From assembly GCA_048213135.1 (NCBI GenBank), contig PS015623.1, positions 45,103 through 84,226 of the forward strand: a stretch of 39,124 bases of DNA, read 5' to 3'. The notes beneath the pieces are model-generated. The model was not told where the DNA came from, did no database searches, and was given only the letters and a program-made list of their open reading frames with translations. Shown in pieces: positions 1-10,565 of this stretch. This DNA comes from Reclinomonas americana ATCC 50394 (lineage: Eukaryota). Positions within the stretch are counted from its first letter, which is position 1, and the number at the start of each line of letters is the position of its first letter. The translations under genes and the position numbers were made by a program.

Positions 1-94
1 TACGTACGTACGTACGTACGTACGTACGTACGTACGACGACGTAGTAGGACGTACGTACGACGGACGTAGACGTAGAGACGAGAGAGTAGTAGT

Positions 95-105
<11 letters not shown>
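1..105. repeat. (TACG)n decaying into ACG/TAG-like units; probable pyrosequencing flow-order artefact at contig end
   Basis: A perfect TACG tandem over the first ~36 nt degrades into acg/gtag units. TACG is the 454 nucleotide flow order (established); the artefact call is inference. Confidence 0.6.

Positions 106-131
<26 letters not shown>
104..131. repeat. (AG)n microsatellite upstream of the first gene
   Basis: Seen directly in the sequence. Confidence 0.9.
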
Positions 132-134
<3 letters not shown>

Positions 135-151
135 GAACGACCATACACACC

Positions 152-2243
152 ATGGCAGCTGCACCCCATCACGTCGACACGGAGGTCACTCTGCGCGAGC
201 TGCAGAGCACACTGAAGCAGCTGAACGACGAGATCCGCCACATCGGGCAACACCGCGATCGCCGACATCATCGTCACCATCGTCGCTCTCACCGCGAAGA
301 GCGACGTCTCACCACCGTCGGCAGTGAAGATGATGACGACAACCATCATCGACACCGGCATAGTGGTCACCGAGAGGAAGGCGAGCAGAGGCAATCGACA
401 TCAGCCTCGCGTCGGTGCGTGCCGCTCACTCCGGACATGTGTGATATCTGTTTGGGAGAGTGGCAGAGCGGCAATGCGATCAGTGGCTGACTGGTGGGTG
501 GAGGCGCAGGTCTCGTCGCGCAGAGTCTGGTGGGGCAGTGGAGCGCGACGATGTGGCCGCGATCTTGTCGTCTTCCGTTGAATCGCCGCTTCCTCGTCGC
601 CGACACCATCATCATCGCCGACGGCATGGCGAAAAGAGAGCATCGTCTTCGCCAGTGCATGCGTGGAAGGCGAGCTCGTCGGCGGTTGGATCCGACAAGG
701 AGAATCAGGTGGACACCAAGTCGCTCCCGTCGTTCATGAAGGCCTCGATGAATGGCTTGACGACGCCGGAGATTGCCGATCGGTATGTGGTGGCGCCGGC
801 CAAGGAGAGTGTGCATGTGCATGCGGTGTGTGTTGATGGTGGAATGCGGTGCACAGGAGACTGGCTGCTGAAGTCGAACATTATCGCCTCAAGCGGCAAA
901 CGAAGCACATGGAGCGGCAATTGTTGGACTCGTGGACCGCAGCCACACTTGGTCGCTCCTCCTCCTCCTCCTCTGCGACAACAACAACGACAACAACAAC
1001 AACCACGACAGCACCAGTATCATCGTCAGTCGGTTCCAGTCGCATGTCATCCACACGCAGTCGGGAGAGACGACAGGCAGGTGGCGATGAGTCGCCACTG
1101 CTCAAGGCGGAACCGGTGGAGAGTTTGTACGAGAGCGAAGACGATGGTGCGCTGACCGAGGATGAGGAGCTGGCAGAGGTGGCTGGTGGAGGGCGCAGGC
1201 GCGACTTGAGCAGCCAGTTGCGCGAGTGTGAGGACCGACATGTGGAAAGGGGACGATCGAAAGCCGCCGCACTGTCGTTGTCGTCGTCGTCGTCGTCGCT
1301 GCTGGATCACGCCAGCATCATGCAGAGTGGCAGATCGTCGTCACTGGCCCCGACACGACGTGGATCCGTGGGAACTGCCTCGACCTTGGGCACCAGTTCT
1401 GTGGGAGCTGCGCGACGCGTGCATTTTGCGGATCGAGTGCAAGTGTACGGCATCACACCGAGGAAGAGCCGACTGGCACGATCTGCCCTCTCGCCATCGT
1501 CGCCCGCACTCGTATCACTCTCCACCGCTCGCTCCAGCTCGACTTCCACGCGCGACGATCCAGTGTTGCGGAGACTGCGCATGCTACGATCGCTGCCCAA
1601 GTTTTTCCGAGAGACCGCAGAGACCATCAACGGGTGGGTGTGCCTCTTGCTCGCATATCACTTCTCTCTGTGTATGTGTGTACTCAATCGCAGCTTGTCG
1701 CTTGCAGGTTTTTGCGTGACCACGGTCCGGCCATGGCGCTGACCGTCGCCGATGTTTATGGGTTCTTTTTCGAGGTAACACGTTTGACACGAGAGGTCGC
1801 CACTTCATATCGTGGTTTTTTCACACGCATCCCCACAGGTAATAACCGACAGCCGAGGGCAGCCACTGTGCGGAGAGCCAGTGGTACACGTGGACGTGTT
1901 TGTGTGCACGTCGGCCAAGCCGACCGCCACTGGCCGCATTGTTGCTCTTCGTGTTGGTACGTCGTCGAAAGAAATTCTCGTCGTCGTCTTCACACACTCA
2001 TGCGCATCCGCAGGGCGCATGCGAGTACCATACAACCGACACGGAGTCTGCGTGTTCCCGAAAATCACGCACGTTTCCTTCACGCGCGCCCGCCGCGACG
2101 ACCCCACAGTTGGCGTCACCAGTCGTCACAAATCATGGGTCGCCCGTCTCTTTGTCCGCGGCGCCACCCGCGTCGTTCACGTCCTTCGTGCGCTGGCCGA
2201 ACACGACCTGGCGACTGCTACCGCAGCCACCACTCGCCCATGA
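152..2243 (+). CDS. Hypothetical protein with ~5 introns; His/Ser/Arg-rich N-terminus and a globular-looking C-terminal domain
   Basis: GT-AG introns (e.g. 415-509, CG|GTGCGT...GCAG) join ORFs 152, 460, 849, 1634 and 1812 in phase, ending at TGA 2241-2243. No family recognised. Confidence 0.65.
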
Positions 2244-2316
2244 AACACACAGCAGTGAAGCTTTTCGTTTGTCGCGGTCCTGCAACCACAAAATCAGTCA
2301 CCATCGAGCGACGACA

Positions 2317-2800
2317 ATGGGCGTTCTCGGCAGCGTGCTGGTGTGGTTTCTCCGACTCGCCACACTCCTCATTCCCTTCAATGCCTACCAAATGCTGCGG
2401 CAAGTGCTCTCGCCGGCCGTCGAGAAGCGCTGGCGACCATTCCGACTCACAGTCCCCGTCATGCTTCGTCTCTTGCCTCTCTTTCTCTCTCCTCGAGTAA
2501 TCGCTCATCGCGCATGCAGCATCGGCGTGGCTCTCGTGCTGTCGTGGTTCGACGCAACCATTCACGCCCTGGTGACCACTGTCATGGTGCTCGGCACACT
2601 GCTGATGACGGCCTTTGCGGCCGGCGGTCTGATCACCATCGGCAATCGATGGATCACCGTCGGCATCATTGCTCTCTCGTGTTCCATGTTCAGGTTCTGT
2701 GCATCCATACCCTGTGGTCAAAGACTGAGAGAGAGACAGCTCACTGCCGCCTGCACACAGCGCGTTGGTGTACTTTGCCGGTCCTGCGTCTGTCGAGTAA
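2317..2800 (+). CDS. Small multi-pass membrane protein of unknown function
   Basis: Starts MGVLGSVLVWFLRLATLLIP and has several hydrophobic helices. Intron 2694-2760 gives ...SMFSALVYFAGPASVE-TAA. A further in-frame intron at 2463-2519 is possible. Confidence 0.6.
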
Positions 2801-2846
2801 ACCATATGCATAATCTGTTTTTGTTTGTGTGAGAGAGAGCGAGAGA

Positions 2847-3430
2847 ATGCACTGGGAAGGAGTGAACGGGCACGCTGCTGCTGCTGCTGCTGCACCCATG
2901 CAGGTGGACGCCGAGGACACGTGGCAACGCGATGTGCAAGTGCTGCGCGAGAGTCTGAGCATGCTGGGCGCGGTGTGCGGCACACGAGTTGCGCGCACAT
3001 GCATTGCTGATGATGATGATAGTGATGGAGTCTCTCACACTCCTCGCGAGAGCAGCAAGCGCGACAACCGAAAGAGACGCGCAGTGGTGCCATGCCACCG
3101 CAAATGTCGGAGCGCGCAGAGCAGGAGCGACTGGATGCAGAGAAGCAGGAGATTGTGAGTCTGTTGGATGAGACGTGGGCGATGTTTGAGGGGGCGGCCG
3201 AGCGACTGGAGCGCTCCGTGGTCTCGATGAGCGGTGATGCGTTTGGTGATGATGGTGAGGGCAATGTGGAGGCGCTGCGTGCGAGGAGAGACGAGCTGCG
3301 GGGGGAGGTGCAGAGCGGCAACGTGCAGCTGGCCGACGTGCTGGCGCGACTGCAGAGATTGCAGTTCCACTTGCACGCCATGTCGCTGTGCAACTCGGGT
3401 GCCGCCACCACCGCCTCCACGCTCACGTAG
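2847..3430 (+). CDS. Small helical protein; C-terminus resembles Mediator subunit MED30 (tentative)
   Basis: One intron near 2973-3055 joins MHWEG... to ORF 3092-3430. The C-terminal VEALRARRDELRGEVQSGNVQLADVLARLQRLQFHLHAM resembles, from recall, the MED30 C-terminal helix. Not verified by search. Confidence 0.4.
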
Positions 3431-3480
3431 TGAATGCTAACATGTCATTTACATTGATCCTTCTTCCTCCGCACTGTCCG

Positions 3481-6400
3481 TCAGCCACTGCCGCTGCCCG
3501 ACACGCCGCCCAGATGCTTGTGCGTGGACAACATGTCCTTGCGCGGATTCTGCTGGAGCGACATTTGCTGGAAAACTTGCTGTGCGTACGGCTTGTGCAG
3601 GAGGCCGGCCTCGCCCAGCCGTGTCACCAGCTTGTAGCGCGGATCCTTCAGCAGCTGCACCTCCGAGTAGCCCTTCAGCGGCTGGAAGGCCGTCGGTAAC
3701 TCGGTCGAGGGGTCCACCACAGTGCGGTCCGTCATGTTCGCAAACGCCGCCGTCGGCTGTAGCAGGCGCTCCGGANNNNNNNNNNNNNNNNNNNNNNNNN
3801 NNNNNNNNNNNNNNNNNNNNNNNNNNNNNNNNNNNNNNNNNNNNNNNNNNNNNNNNNNNNNNNNNNNNNNNNNNNNNNNNNNNNNNNNNNNNNNNNNNNN
3901 NNNNNNNNNNNNNNNNNNNNNNNNNNNNNNNNNNNNNNNNNNNNNNNNNNNNNNNNNNNNNNNNNNNNNNNNNNNNNNNNNNNNNNNNNNNNNNNNNNNN
4001 NNNNNNNNNNNNNNNNNNNNNNNNNNNNNNNNNNNNNNNNNNNNNNNNNNNNNNNNNNNNNNNNNNNNNNNNNNNNNNNNNNNNNNNNNNNNNNNNNNNN
4101 NNNNNNNNNNNNNNNNNNNNNNNNNNNNNNNNNNNNNNNNNNNNNNNNNNNNNNNNNNNNNNNNNNNNNNNNNNNNNNNNNNNNNNNNNNNNNNNNNNNN
4201 NNNNNNNNNNNNNNNNNNNNNNNNNNNNNNNNNNNNNNNNNNNNNNNNNNNNNNNNNNNNNNNNNNNNNNNNNNNNNNNNNNNNNNNNNNNNNNNNNNNN
4301 NNNNNNNNNNNNNNNNNNNNNNNNNNNNNNNNNNNNNNNNNNNNNNNNNNNNNNNNNNNNNNNNNNNNNCCTGCTGCTCCTGCTCACGCTTCTCACGCTC
4401 CATCCGCTCCGCCTCCAGCTCCGCCGCCCGTTTGACATCGCGTTCCTGCTGCCGCAGCTCGAATTGTTGCCGGGTGGTCTCGTAGCGCTGCTTCAACTCA
4501 CGCGTTGTCTCGCCGTGTCGGGCGCGCTCGGCTTCTGTCATGGCCGAGTCGTGCTCGAATCGCTCCAATAACTATGGAAATAAGCTGTGAGCTTACTCTC
4601 AAACACACACGCGTACCCTCATCACTCGCGCCGCAAACCTCGTTGAGTGCATGGCGCTGCTCGCGCAGCTCCTCCATCTCCACGGCAAACTCGTCGCGCA
4701 GACCCTTGAGCTTGCGGCGATTGTACTCGCACGCAGCGTGCCACGCCAGCATCTCCTCAATGGAGGCCTTGTTGTGCGACGGCATCTCCAACGACAGACG
4801 ATCGATGAAGCGCGCGCGGTCAAAGCGCCCCGTGGCGGCGAACTCGCGGCACACCTTTGTGAAGTGTGCCACGTCTTTCTCTGCACTCCATCGCTCCGGT
4901 CGCAACTGCGCCAGTGCCTGCCGCGTGGCCCGCACCGCCGGCTGCTCGTCGCCAGACATGCTCAACACGACCAGCATGCACGGAGTCTCCGAGAACACTG
5001 CTTGCTTGAACGCATCTGCACGGAAGCTCAGTACGCTGTGCGGGGAAGGGGGTAGAGAGGAGAGAAGGGAAACACGCACCTTGCTGGCCTTCACGCGGAG
5101 TCACCAATTGATCAATCGGCAGCTGCATGGGTGGTCTTTGCACACCGGCCGATGGCGGACGCTGCACTCCGCGAGCCGACGCCGGCCGTCCACCAGAGGC
5201 CGCCGACATGGGGCGTGCCGACAGTGGTGCATTACCCACAGCCGAGCCCGGTCGACTGGCGTTGGTGACGAGCGGGACGTTGAGTGCACTTGATGATCTC
5301 CCACAACACATGCACACTTGTACACACCTGCTGCGAGCCGAGGTTGGGCGCGCCTTCAGAATGACACGCGAGCCCTCCTGCAGCATTCGTGGTTGTGATC
5401 GCTGGGACTCCAGCACACCGTCGACCGTTGCGCTGCTCTCGGCCAGCTGCTCGTTGGCCTCCTGTGGAAGATCCAGCGCTGGCACCTCTACTGCAGCAGC
5501 AGCAGCAGCCAGGCCTTGCATATCGCCATCCTCGCTCTCCCCGTCATCGTCGGCAATGTCGTCGCTACCGACGACCGACAACTGCTGACTGTCTTCGTGC
5601 TCCACCGTCGACGATTCGCTGACACGCTTCTCCAGCGGTGGTGGCATAGCAGCCGCCGTGGTCTGTGTGACAAAGAACGATGGACCAGCATGCGAGGCAC
5701 CCGACTCCCGTCGCGACAGCGGCGGCCTGGCATTGCTGGCCGCCGATGCGACACCCGATCTCGACGGCGCAGGCGTCACGCACGTGGAGACGGCGGGTGT
5801 GGTGCTGGTCGAAGATGATGCAGTTGGCTGGAGGAGTGTGGAGGCTCTCCGTTGTGACATGACCTCCAGCGTCTCCGAGTGCAGCTGCTCGAGGCGCTGC
5901 GTCAGCCGACTCGGAATGCTGCAAGTGCGAGTCAACGAAAAGTGGGGCAAGAAAAACAGGCACCTTCTTCTGCCCCTACCTCGCCAAATCATCGTCCACT
6001 CGCTGCAACCAGTCCTCGACCTGGCTCTGCGTCATACCCTCAGCTCGTGCCACAGCCTGCGGATTCACGTGCTTGTAATGATGGTGTGTCCGCATGGTTC
6101 GGTGCGTCATGTGTGTTCTCCTCGAATGAATGCTCTCCCTGCAGGTACCACCACCACCAACAGTGAGCGAGGAGACTGTGTGTGTGCAAACACGCACGTG
6201 AGCAAGCACGACGCATGCGCAACAGATCGCCACCGTCGTCGCCCTCCAGCGCCGCTCGCTGCGCCTCCTCCTCGCTCTCCCTCTCCAGTTCGCGAACATT
6301 CGCCATGTGCTCCTCTATCTCGGCCATGACTCGCACTCCCTGCGCCGTCGTGTCCTCCTCCGCTTGCTCCAAATCGCCCTTCAGCTCCACGTACATGGCA

Positions 6401-7042
6401 CGCAGCGTGCCGGCCCGCTCGGCGGCATTAAAGTTGAGTGCCAGCATGCCCTGCGACGGAGGTGAGCCAACAGAGAAACAGGCATCAATAAGTACAAATT
6501 GCAGACTTGAGCACCTTCATGTCGTTGACTCGTTTCGCCCAGTCTGCGTGGTGATAAGCAGCTTGAGCGAAACGAGAGGAGAGAGAGAGGGAGACTGCGG
6601 GATGAAATGAACGCAACAAGTCGACATGGAGTACCGAGCGCCCTCTCTCCGCCCCTCCTCCTCTGCAAACTCACACGTGACGTCGTCCTCCATCGATCCC
6701 ATTATGGTGGCCAGCTCCAACTCCACGCGCTCCCTGCCGATCCAAGTAAGCAAATGTGTGATAGCAAAGGAACCACCACCAGCTGCAGTCGCACCTCTCC
6801 TCCTTCAGACGCGCATGCTCCATCAAATAGTCACGCTTGTGCCCGTCAATGCGCGACTTTTGCTTGTTGCCCTTGACCACCGACTTGAGCTGGTGCAACT
6901 ATACAAACGAGTGGAAGGATTGAGTCTGAAATAGCTGACAAAAAAAGTGACCTCGCACTCCCACCTTCTCCTCCAGTCGCTGCGAGCCTTGCTTTGACCG
7001 CTCCAGCAGCGCCATGGCCTTGTCCACATCGTGCCCGCCCAT
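3481..7042 (-). CDS. CCDC148: Coiled-coil domain-containing protein 148-like (>=9 introns; spans gap 3776-4369)
   Basis: The C-terminus GYSEVQLLKDPRYKLVTRLGEAGLLHKPYAQQVFQQMSLQQNPRKDMLST matches the recalled CCDC148 C-terminal motif (DPR...L.EAGL...YA...PRKDM.ST). A central W...HF...R.RFIDRL..EMPSH segment and E/R-rich coiled coils also fit. Confidence 0.75.
3776..4369. other. Assembly gap (N run)
   Basis: Ns in the sequence. Confidence 1.
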
Positions 7043-7420
7043 CAGTCGAGCGCGCTGACCATGGTGTGACACACTTCGAGCTGAGATGAATTGAAGACAC
7101 TGACTCGTGAGCACACACACACACACACACACTCACTCACTCTCTCTCACACACACCGTGCGTCTTCTCTCTTCTTCTTGCCTGTCTCTGTCTGTCTGTC
7201 TCTCTCGTCTTTCTGCTCCCGCGCAACTTGATTCGCCAGTGCTTGTCTGAGCACTGCCTGTGCGCTCACGCAAGTCGCGCACGGCTCTCAGTGCGCTCAT
7301 TCTTCAGAGAGAGCGAGCGGGCGGAGGTCAGAGTGTGTGAACGGCGGGACAGTTGCGCTCGCGTCTTCCCGCGCGCGCGATTCGGCTCCTTTCACATTTG
7401 TTAATCTCACATAAGCAGCA

Positions 7421-7996
7421 ATGGCCGGCGAGAAGTTGCGTCTCTGTCTGTGATGCTTATGCGATGTCCTTGTGTGCGCCTGTGGCGCTGTGCGTTCGCT
7501 CGTGTGCTGTGCGTGACATGTGCGCCGACATGTTTGCCAATGGCGGCCTCACGCTTGTCTCTTGACGCGCTGCAGGACTGTGTCGACGCGTGGAGCGGGT
7601 GCGGGCGTGTCGCTCAACTCAGCCAAGAAGAACTTCCTGTCGTTCTACTCGGGCGAAGGCGAGGACTCAATGGGCTTCAAAGTGTTGCGTCTCTCGCCAC
7701 ACACAGCGGACGCTCTCCCTCTCCGCACGCATGCACACACACGCACTCTATCCTCTGTTTCCGCACCCACTGCTCTTGTGTGTCTCGATGAGTGGCGAGC
7801 GTGTGGACGGGGGCGTGCGCGCCATTTTCCGACGCACATCCCCCACGCGCGTTGTCTCCCGCCAACTCATATTCTCTCTCTCCCCCTTGTTTCTCCCTTT
7901 GTGACTTTTAGGCCGCCGCAATTCGTGCTGATTGGCAGCATCATCTTTGTGGTGATTGTGTTCATCCTGCACATTCTCGGCAAGTTGGTCGGATAA
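7421..7996 (+). CDS. SEC61B: Sec61 translocon beta subunit; exons 7421-7434, 7576-7683, 7912-7996
   Basis: The spliced product is MAGEKTVSTRGAGAGVSLNSAKKNFLSFYSGEGEDSMGFKVPPQFVLIGSIIFVVIVFILHILGKLVG. It has the FY...DS.G.KV.P..VL..S..F...V..LHI.GK signature of Sec61beta. Both introns start GTTGCGT. Confidence 0.93.
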
Positions 7997-8124
7997 TCAT
8001 GGACTGCAGACGGGATTCGGCTCGCCTGTCGGCACGCGGGAATGAAGGCTGCGAGGCAGTGTTATAGACACCACCCTGTTTTGTGTTTCCTTGTTTTCTT
8101 CACATCTTACTTGGGTTCATCGCT

Positions 8125-10422
8125 CTACGTTGGTGTGTGTTGGTGTTGCTCCTCCACTGGTGGCTGTTGTGGTGACGGTGATGGTCTAGGTGGTGGTGGT
8201 GGTGGTGGTGGTGGTGGCGGCGGCGGCAGCGGTGATGTGGGTGACATCATTGCTGCGGCGTGCAGGTGGGGATCGGCATCCACGTCACGCAGGCTCTGCT
8301 GGATCAGCACGTCGCCGAGTTGGCGGCGCACGCAGTCGGCGAATGACAGCAGAGCGGTGTGCGCCGTGGCACTGAGGGTGTAGCCACGCCGTCGCAAGTC
8401 GAGATATCCGCGCAGCGCCACGGTGAATTCGCCATCGTCGCGACTGTTGTCCGTTTGAACCACAGGGACTTGCCAGCTGGCCGTCACCGTGGGGGTGTTG
8501 ACAGTCGACGTGGATGAGGTGAACGGCGTAGGAGGTCGTCGGGCTGGTGGCGATTCCACCGGGAACTCGAGAGCGGGCGCCAGAGGCGTCTGCGGGCGCA
8601 TAGGCACAGTGGACACCGCGTCCTCCTCATGGTCTTCACCGTCGTCACCTCCGTCGTCACTCGCCTCCTCCTCATCGTCCTCCTCTTCCGCCTCCTCCTC
8701 CTCCTCCTCGGGTTGTGGAATGGTGTGGGCACTGGGCGTGGGCGCTTCCACCGGTGGCGGTGGCGGCCGGGCCGATCGTAGTGCACTTTTCGGAGGTGCA
8801 CTGACGGGCGTGGGCGTCGACGACGAGGTGTTGCGCTTGTTCTCCTCCTTGACCACCGCCAAGGATATCGATGCAGCTGACGATGATGAAGACGACGACG
8901 AGGACGAAGATGAGGAGGAGGAGGAAGGAGACTTGGGGGGCGCACTGCGCGACCGCTTGGTCGGCGGCTCCACCGACTGCAATCTGTTCTCGGCCGGCCT
9001 CTTCGGTGGGGCCACTGCTGCCGCGTACACCGGTGCCGGTGGTCGCGCCGTCGTTGCCGCCTGCCCGACCGGTTTCACTGATGGCTGCAGTGGTGGACCA
9101 CCCGGCCGACTCCCTCCTCCTGGGACAGCTGCTGCTCCTGCTGTTGTTGTTGTCGTGGTGGTGGCAGTGGTGGTGGCGGCGGCCGTCATGGCGACATCTG
9201 GCTTTGCCAGTGACNNNNNNNNNNNNNNNNNNNNNNNNNNNNNNNNNNNNNNNNNNNNNNNNNNNNNNNNNNNNNNNNNNNNNNNNNNNNNNNNNNNNNN
9301 NNNNNNNNNNNNNNNNNNNNNNNNNNNNNNNNNNNNNNNNNNNNNNNNNNNNNNNNNNNNNNNNNNNNNNNNNNNNNNNNNNNNNNNNNNNNNNNNNNNN
9401 NNNNNNNNNNNNNNNNNNNNNNNNNNNNNNNNNNNNNNNNNNNNNNNNNNNNNNNNNNNNNNNNNNNNNNNNNNNNNNNNNNNNNNNNNNNNNNNNNNNN
9501 NNNNNNNNNNNNNNNNNNNNNNNNNNNNNNNNNNNNNNNNNNNNNNNNNNNNNNNNNNNNNNNNNNNNNNNNNNNNNNNNNNNNNNNNNNNNNNNNNNNN
9601 NNNNNNNNNNNNNNNNNNNNNNNNNNNNNNNNNNNNNNNNNNNNNNNNNNNNNNNNNNNNNNNNNNNNNNNNNNNNNNNNNNNNNNNNNNNNNNNNNNNN
9701 NNNNNNNNNNNNNNNNNNNNNNNNNNNNNNNNNNNNNNNNNNNNNNNNNNNNNNNNNNNNNNNNNNNNNNNNNNNNNNNNNNNNNNNNNNNNNNNNNNNN
9801 NNNNNNNNNNNNNNNNNNNNNNNNNNNNNNNNNNNNNNNNNNNNNNNNNNNNNNNNNNNNNNNNNNNNNNNNNNNNNNNNNNNNNNNNNNNNNNNNNNNN
9901 NNNNNNNNNNNNNNNNNNNNNNNNNNNNNNNNNNNNNNNNNNNNNNNNNNNNNNNNNNNNNNNNNNNNNNNNNNNNNNNNNNNNNNNNNNNNNNNNNNNN
10001 NNNNNNNNNNNNNNNNNNNNNNNNNNNNNNNNNNNNNNNNNNNNNNNNNNNNNNNNNNNNNTGTACTCGACCGAGGGCGACGGGGAACGCGAGCGCCGAC
10101 TCCGTGACGAGCGATGTGCGTGATGATGGTGATGATGGTGATGGGGCAATTCTGGTGGTGCTGGTGGCGGAGGCGGTGGTGGAGGTGGTGGCGGTGGCCA
10201 GTGGCTGCGGTGGCGGTGACTGTGGTCTTCGGGGCGGTACGGGTGGACGTCGTAGCGGTGGTCGTACGGGAGGTGGTGACGGAGACTGGGAGCGGCGGAG
10301 GAGTAACCGTGATGCACATAGTGGTGTGGCTGCGGGTGGCTGCTGCCGCCACTGCTGCTGTTGTAGTGTTGTCGCCGTTCGTAGTCCACGTCAGCAGCGC
10401 TAACTCTGCGACGCGCGCTCAT
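8125..10422 (-). CDS. Low-complexity His/Pro/Ser/acidic-rich protein (spans gap 9215-10061)
   Basis: Open frame on both sides of the gap, with an RSRSPSP motif, poly-P/S/E tracts and a short helical C-terminal segment. No family recognised, and continuity across the gap is assumed. Confidence 0.6.
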   Translation of the reverse strand: MSARRRVSAADVDYERRQHYNSSSGGSSHPQPHHYVHHGYSSAAPSLRHHLPYDHRYDVHPYRPEDHSHRHRSHWPPPPPPPPPPPPAPPELPHHHHHHHHAHRSSRSRRSRSPSPSVEYXXXXXXXXXXXXXXXXXXXXXXXXXXXXXXXXXXXXXXXXXXXXXXXXXXXXXXXXXXXXXXXXXXXXXXXXXXXXXXXXXXXXXXXXXXXXXXXXXXXXXXXXXXXXXXXXXXXXXXXXXXXXXXXXXXXXXXXXXXXXXXXXXXXXXXXXXXXXXXXXXXXXXXXXXXXXXXXXXXXXXXXXXXXXXXXXXXXXXXXXXXXXXXXXXXXXXXXXXXXXXXXXXXXXXXXXXXXXXXXXXXXXXXXXXXXXXXXXXXXXXXXXXXXXXXXXXXXXXXXXXXXSLAKPDVAMTAAATTTATTTTTTTAGAAAVPGGGSRPGGPPLQPSVKPVGQAATTARPPAPVYAAAVAPPKRPAENRLQSVEPPTKRSRSAPPKSPSSSSSSSSSSSSSSSSAASISLAVVKEENKRNTSSSTPTPVSAPPKSALRSARPPPPPVEAPTPSAHTIPQPEEEEEEAEEEDDEEEASDDGGDDGEDHEEDAVSTVPMRPQTPLAPALEFPVESPPARRPPTPFTSSTSTVNTPTVTASWQVPVVQTDNSRDDGEFTVALRGYLDLRRRGYTLSATAHTALLSFADCVRRQLGDVLIQQSLRDVDADPHLHAAAMMSPTSPLPPPPPPPPPPPPPRPSPSPQQPPVEEQHQHTPT
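9215..10061. other. Assembly gap (N run)
   Basis: Ns in the sequence. Confidence 1.
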
Positions 10423-10565
10423 GCAGACGACGACGACGGGAAGCGCGAGCGGGGCAAGAGGACGCCGAAAGACACTTCGCGGTTTTCCTTCTCAAATCAT
10501 TTCATTGCAAAACAAACAACAACACAACACAGAAGCTAGCTATGTAATACAAAGACAACGGGAGC

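Noticed and set aside
1-105. Telomere or CRISPR-like repeat at the window start
   Set aside because: A TACG unit that decays progressively fits sequencing noise. There are no spacers and no G-rich telomeric unit.
415-509. RING-finger-like CDICLGEW in ORF 152-490
   Set aside because: It lies inside a CG|GTGCGT...GCAG intron that joins flanking exons in phase, and the remaining RING ligands are absent.
7435-7911. Introner/transposon origin for GTTGCGT introns (both Sec61beta introns start GTTGCGTCTCT)
   Set aside because: Similarity stops after 7-11 nt. There is no shared body, terminal inverted repeat or target-site duplication among the 20 introns.
8489-10403. Long antisense and overlapping ORFs here and throughout the ORF track
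   Set aside because: These are shadows of GC-rich, low-complexity coding sequence or run through N gaps, with no independent motifs or splice structure.
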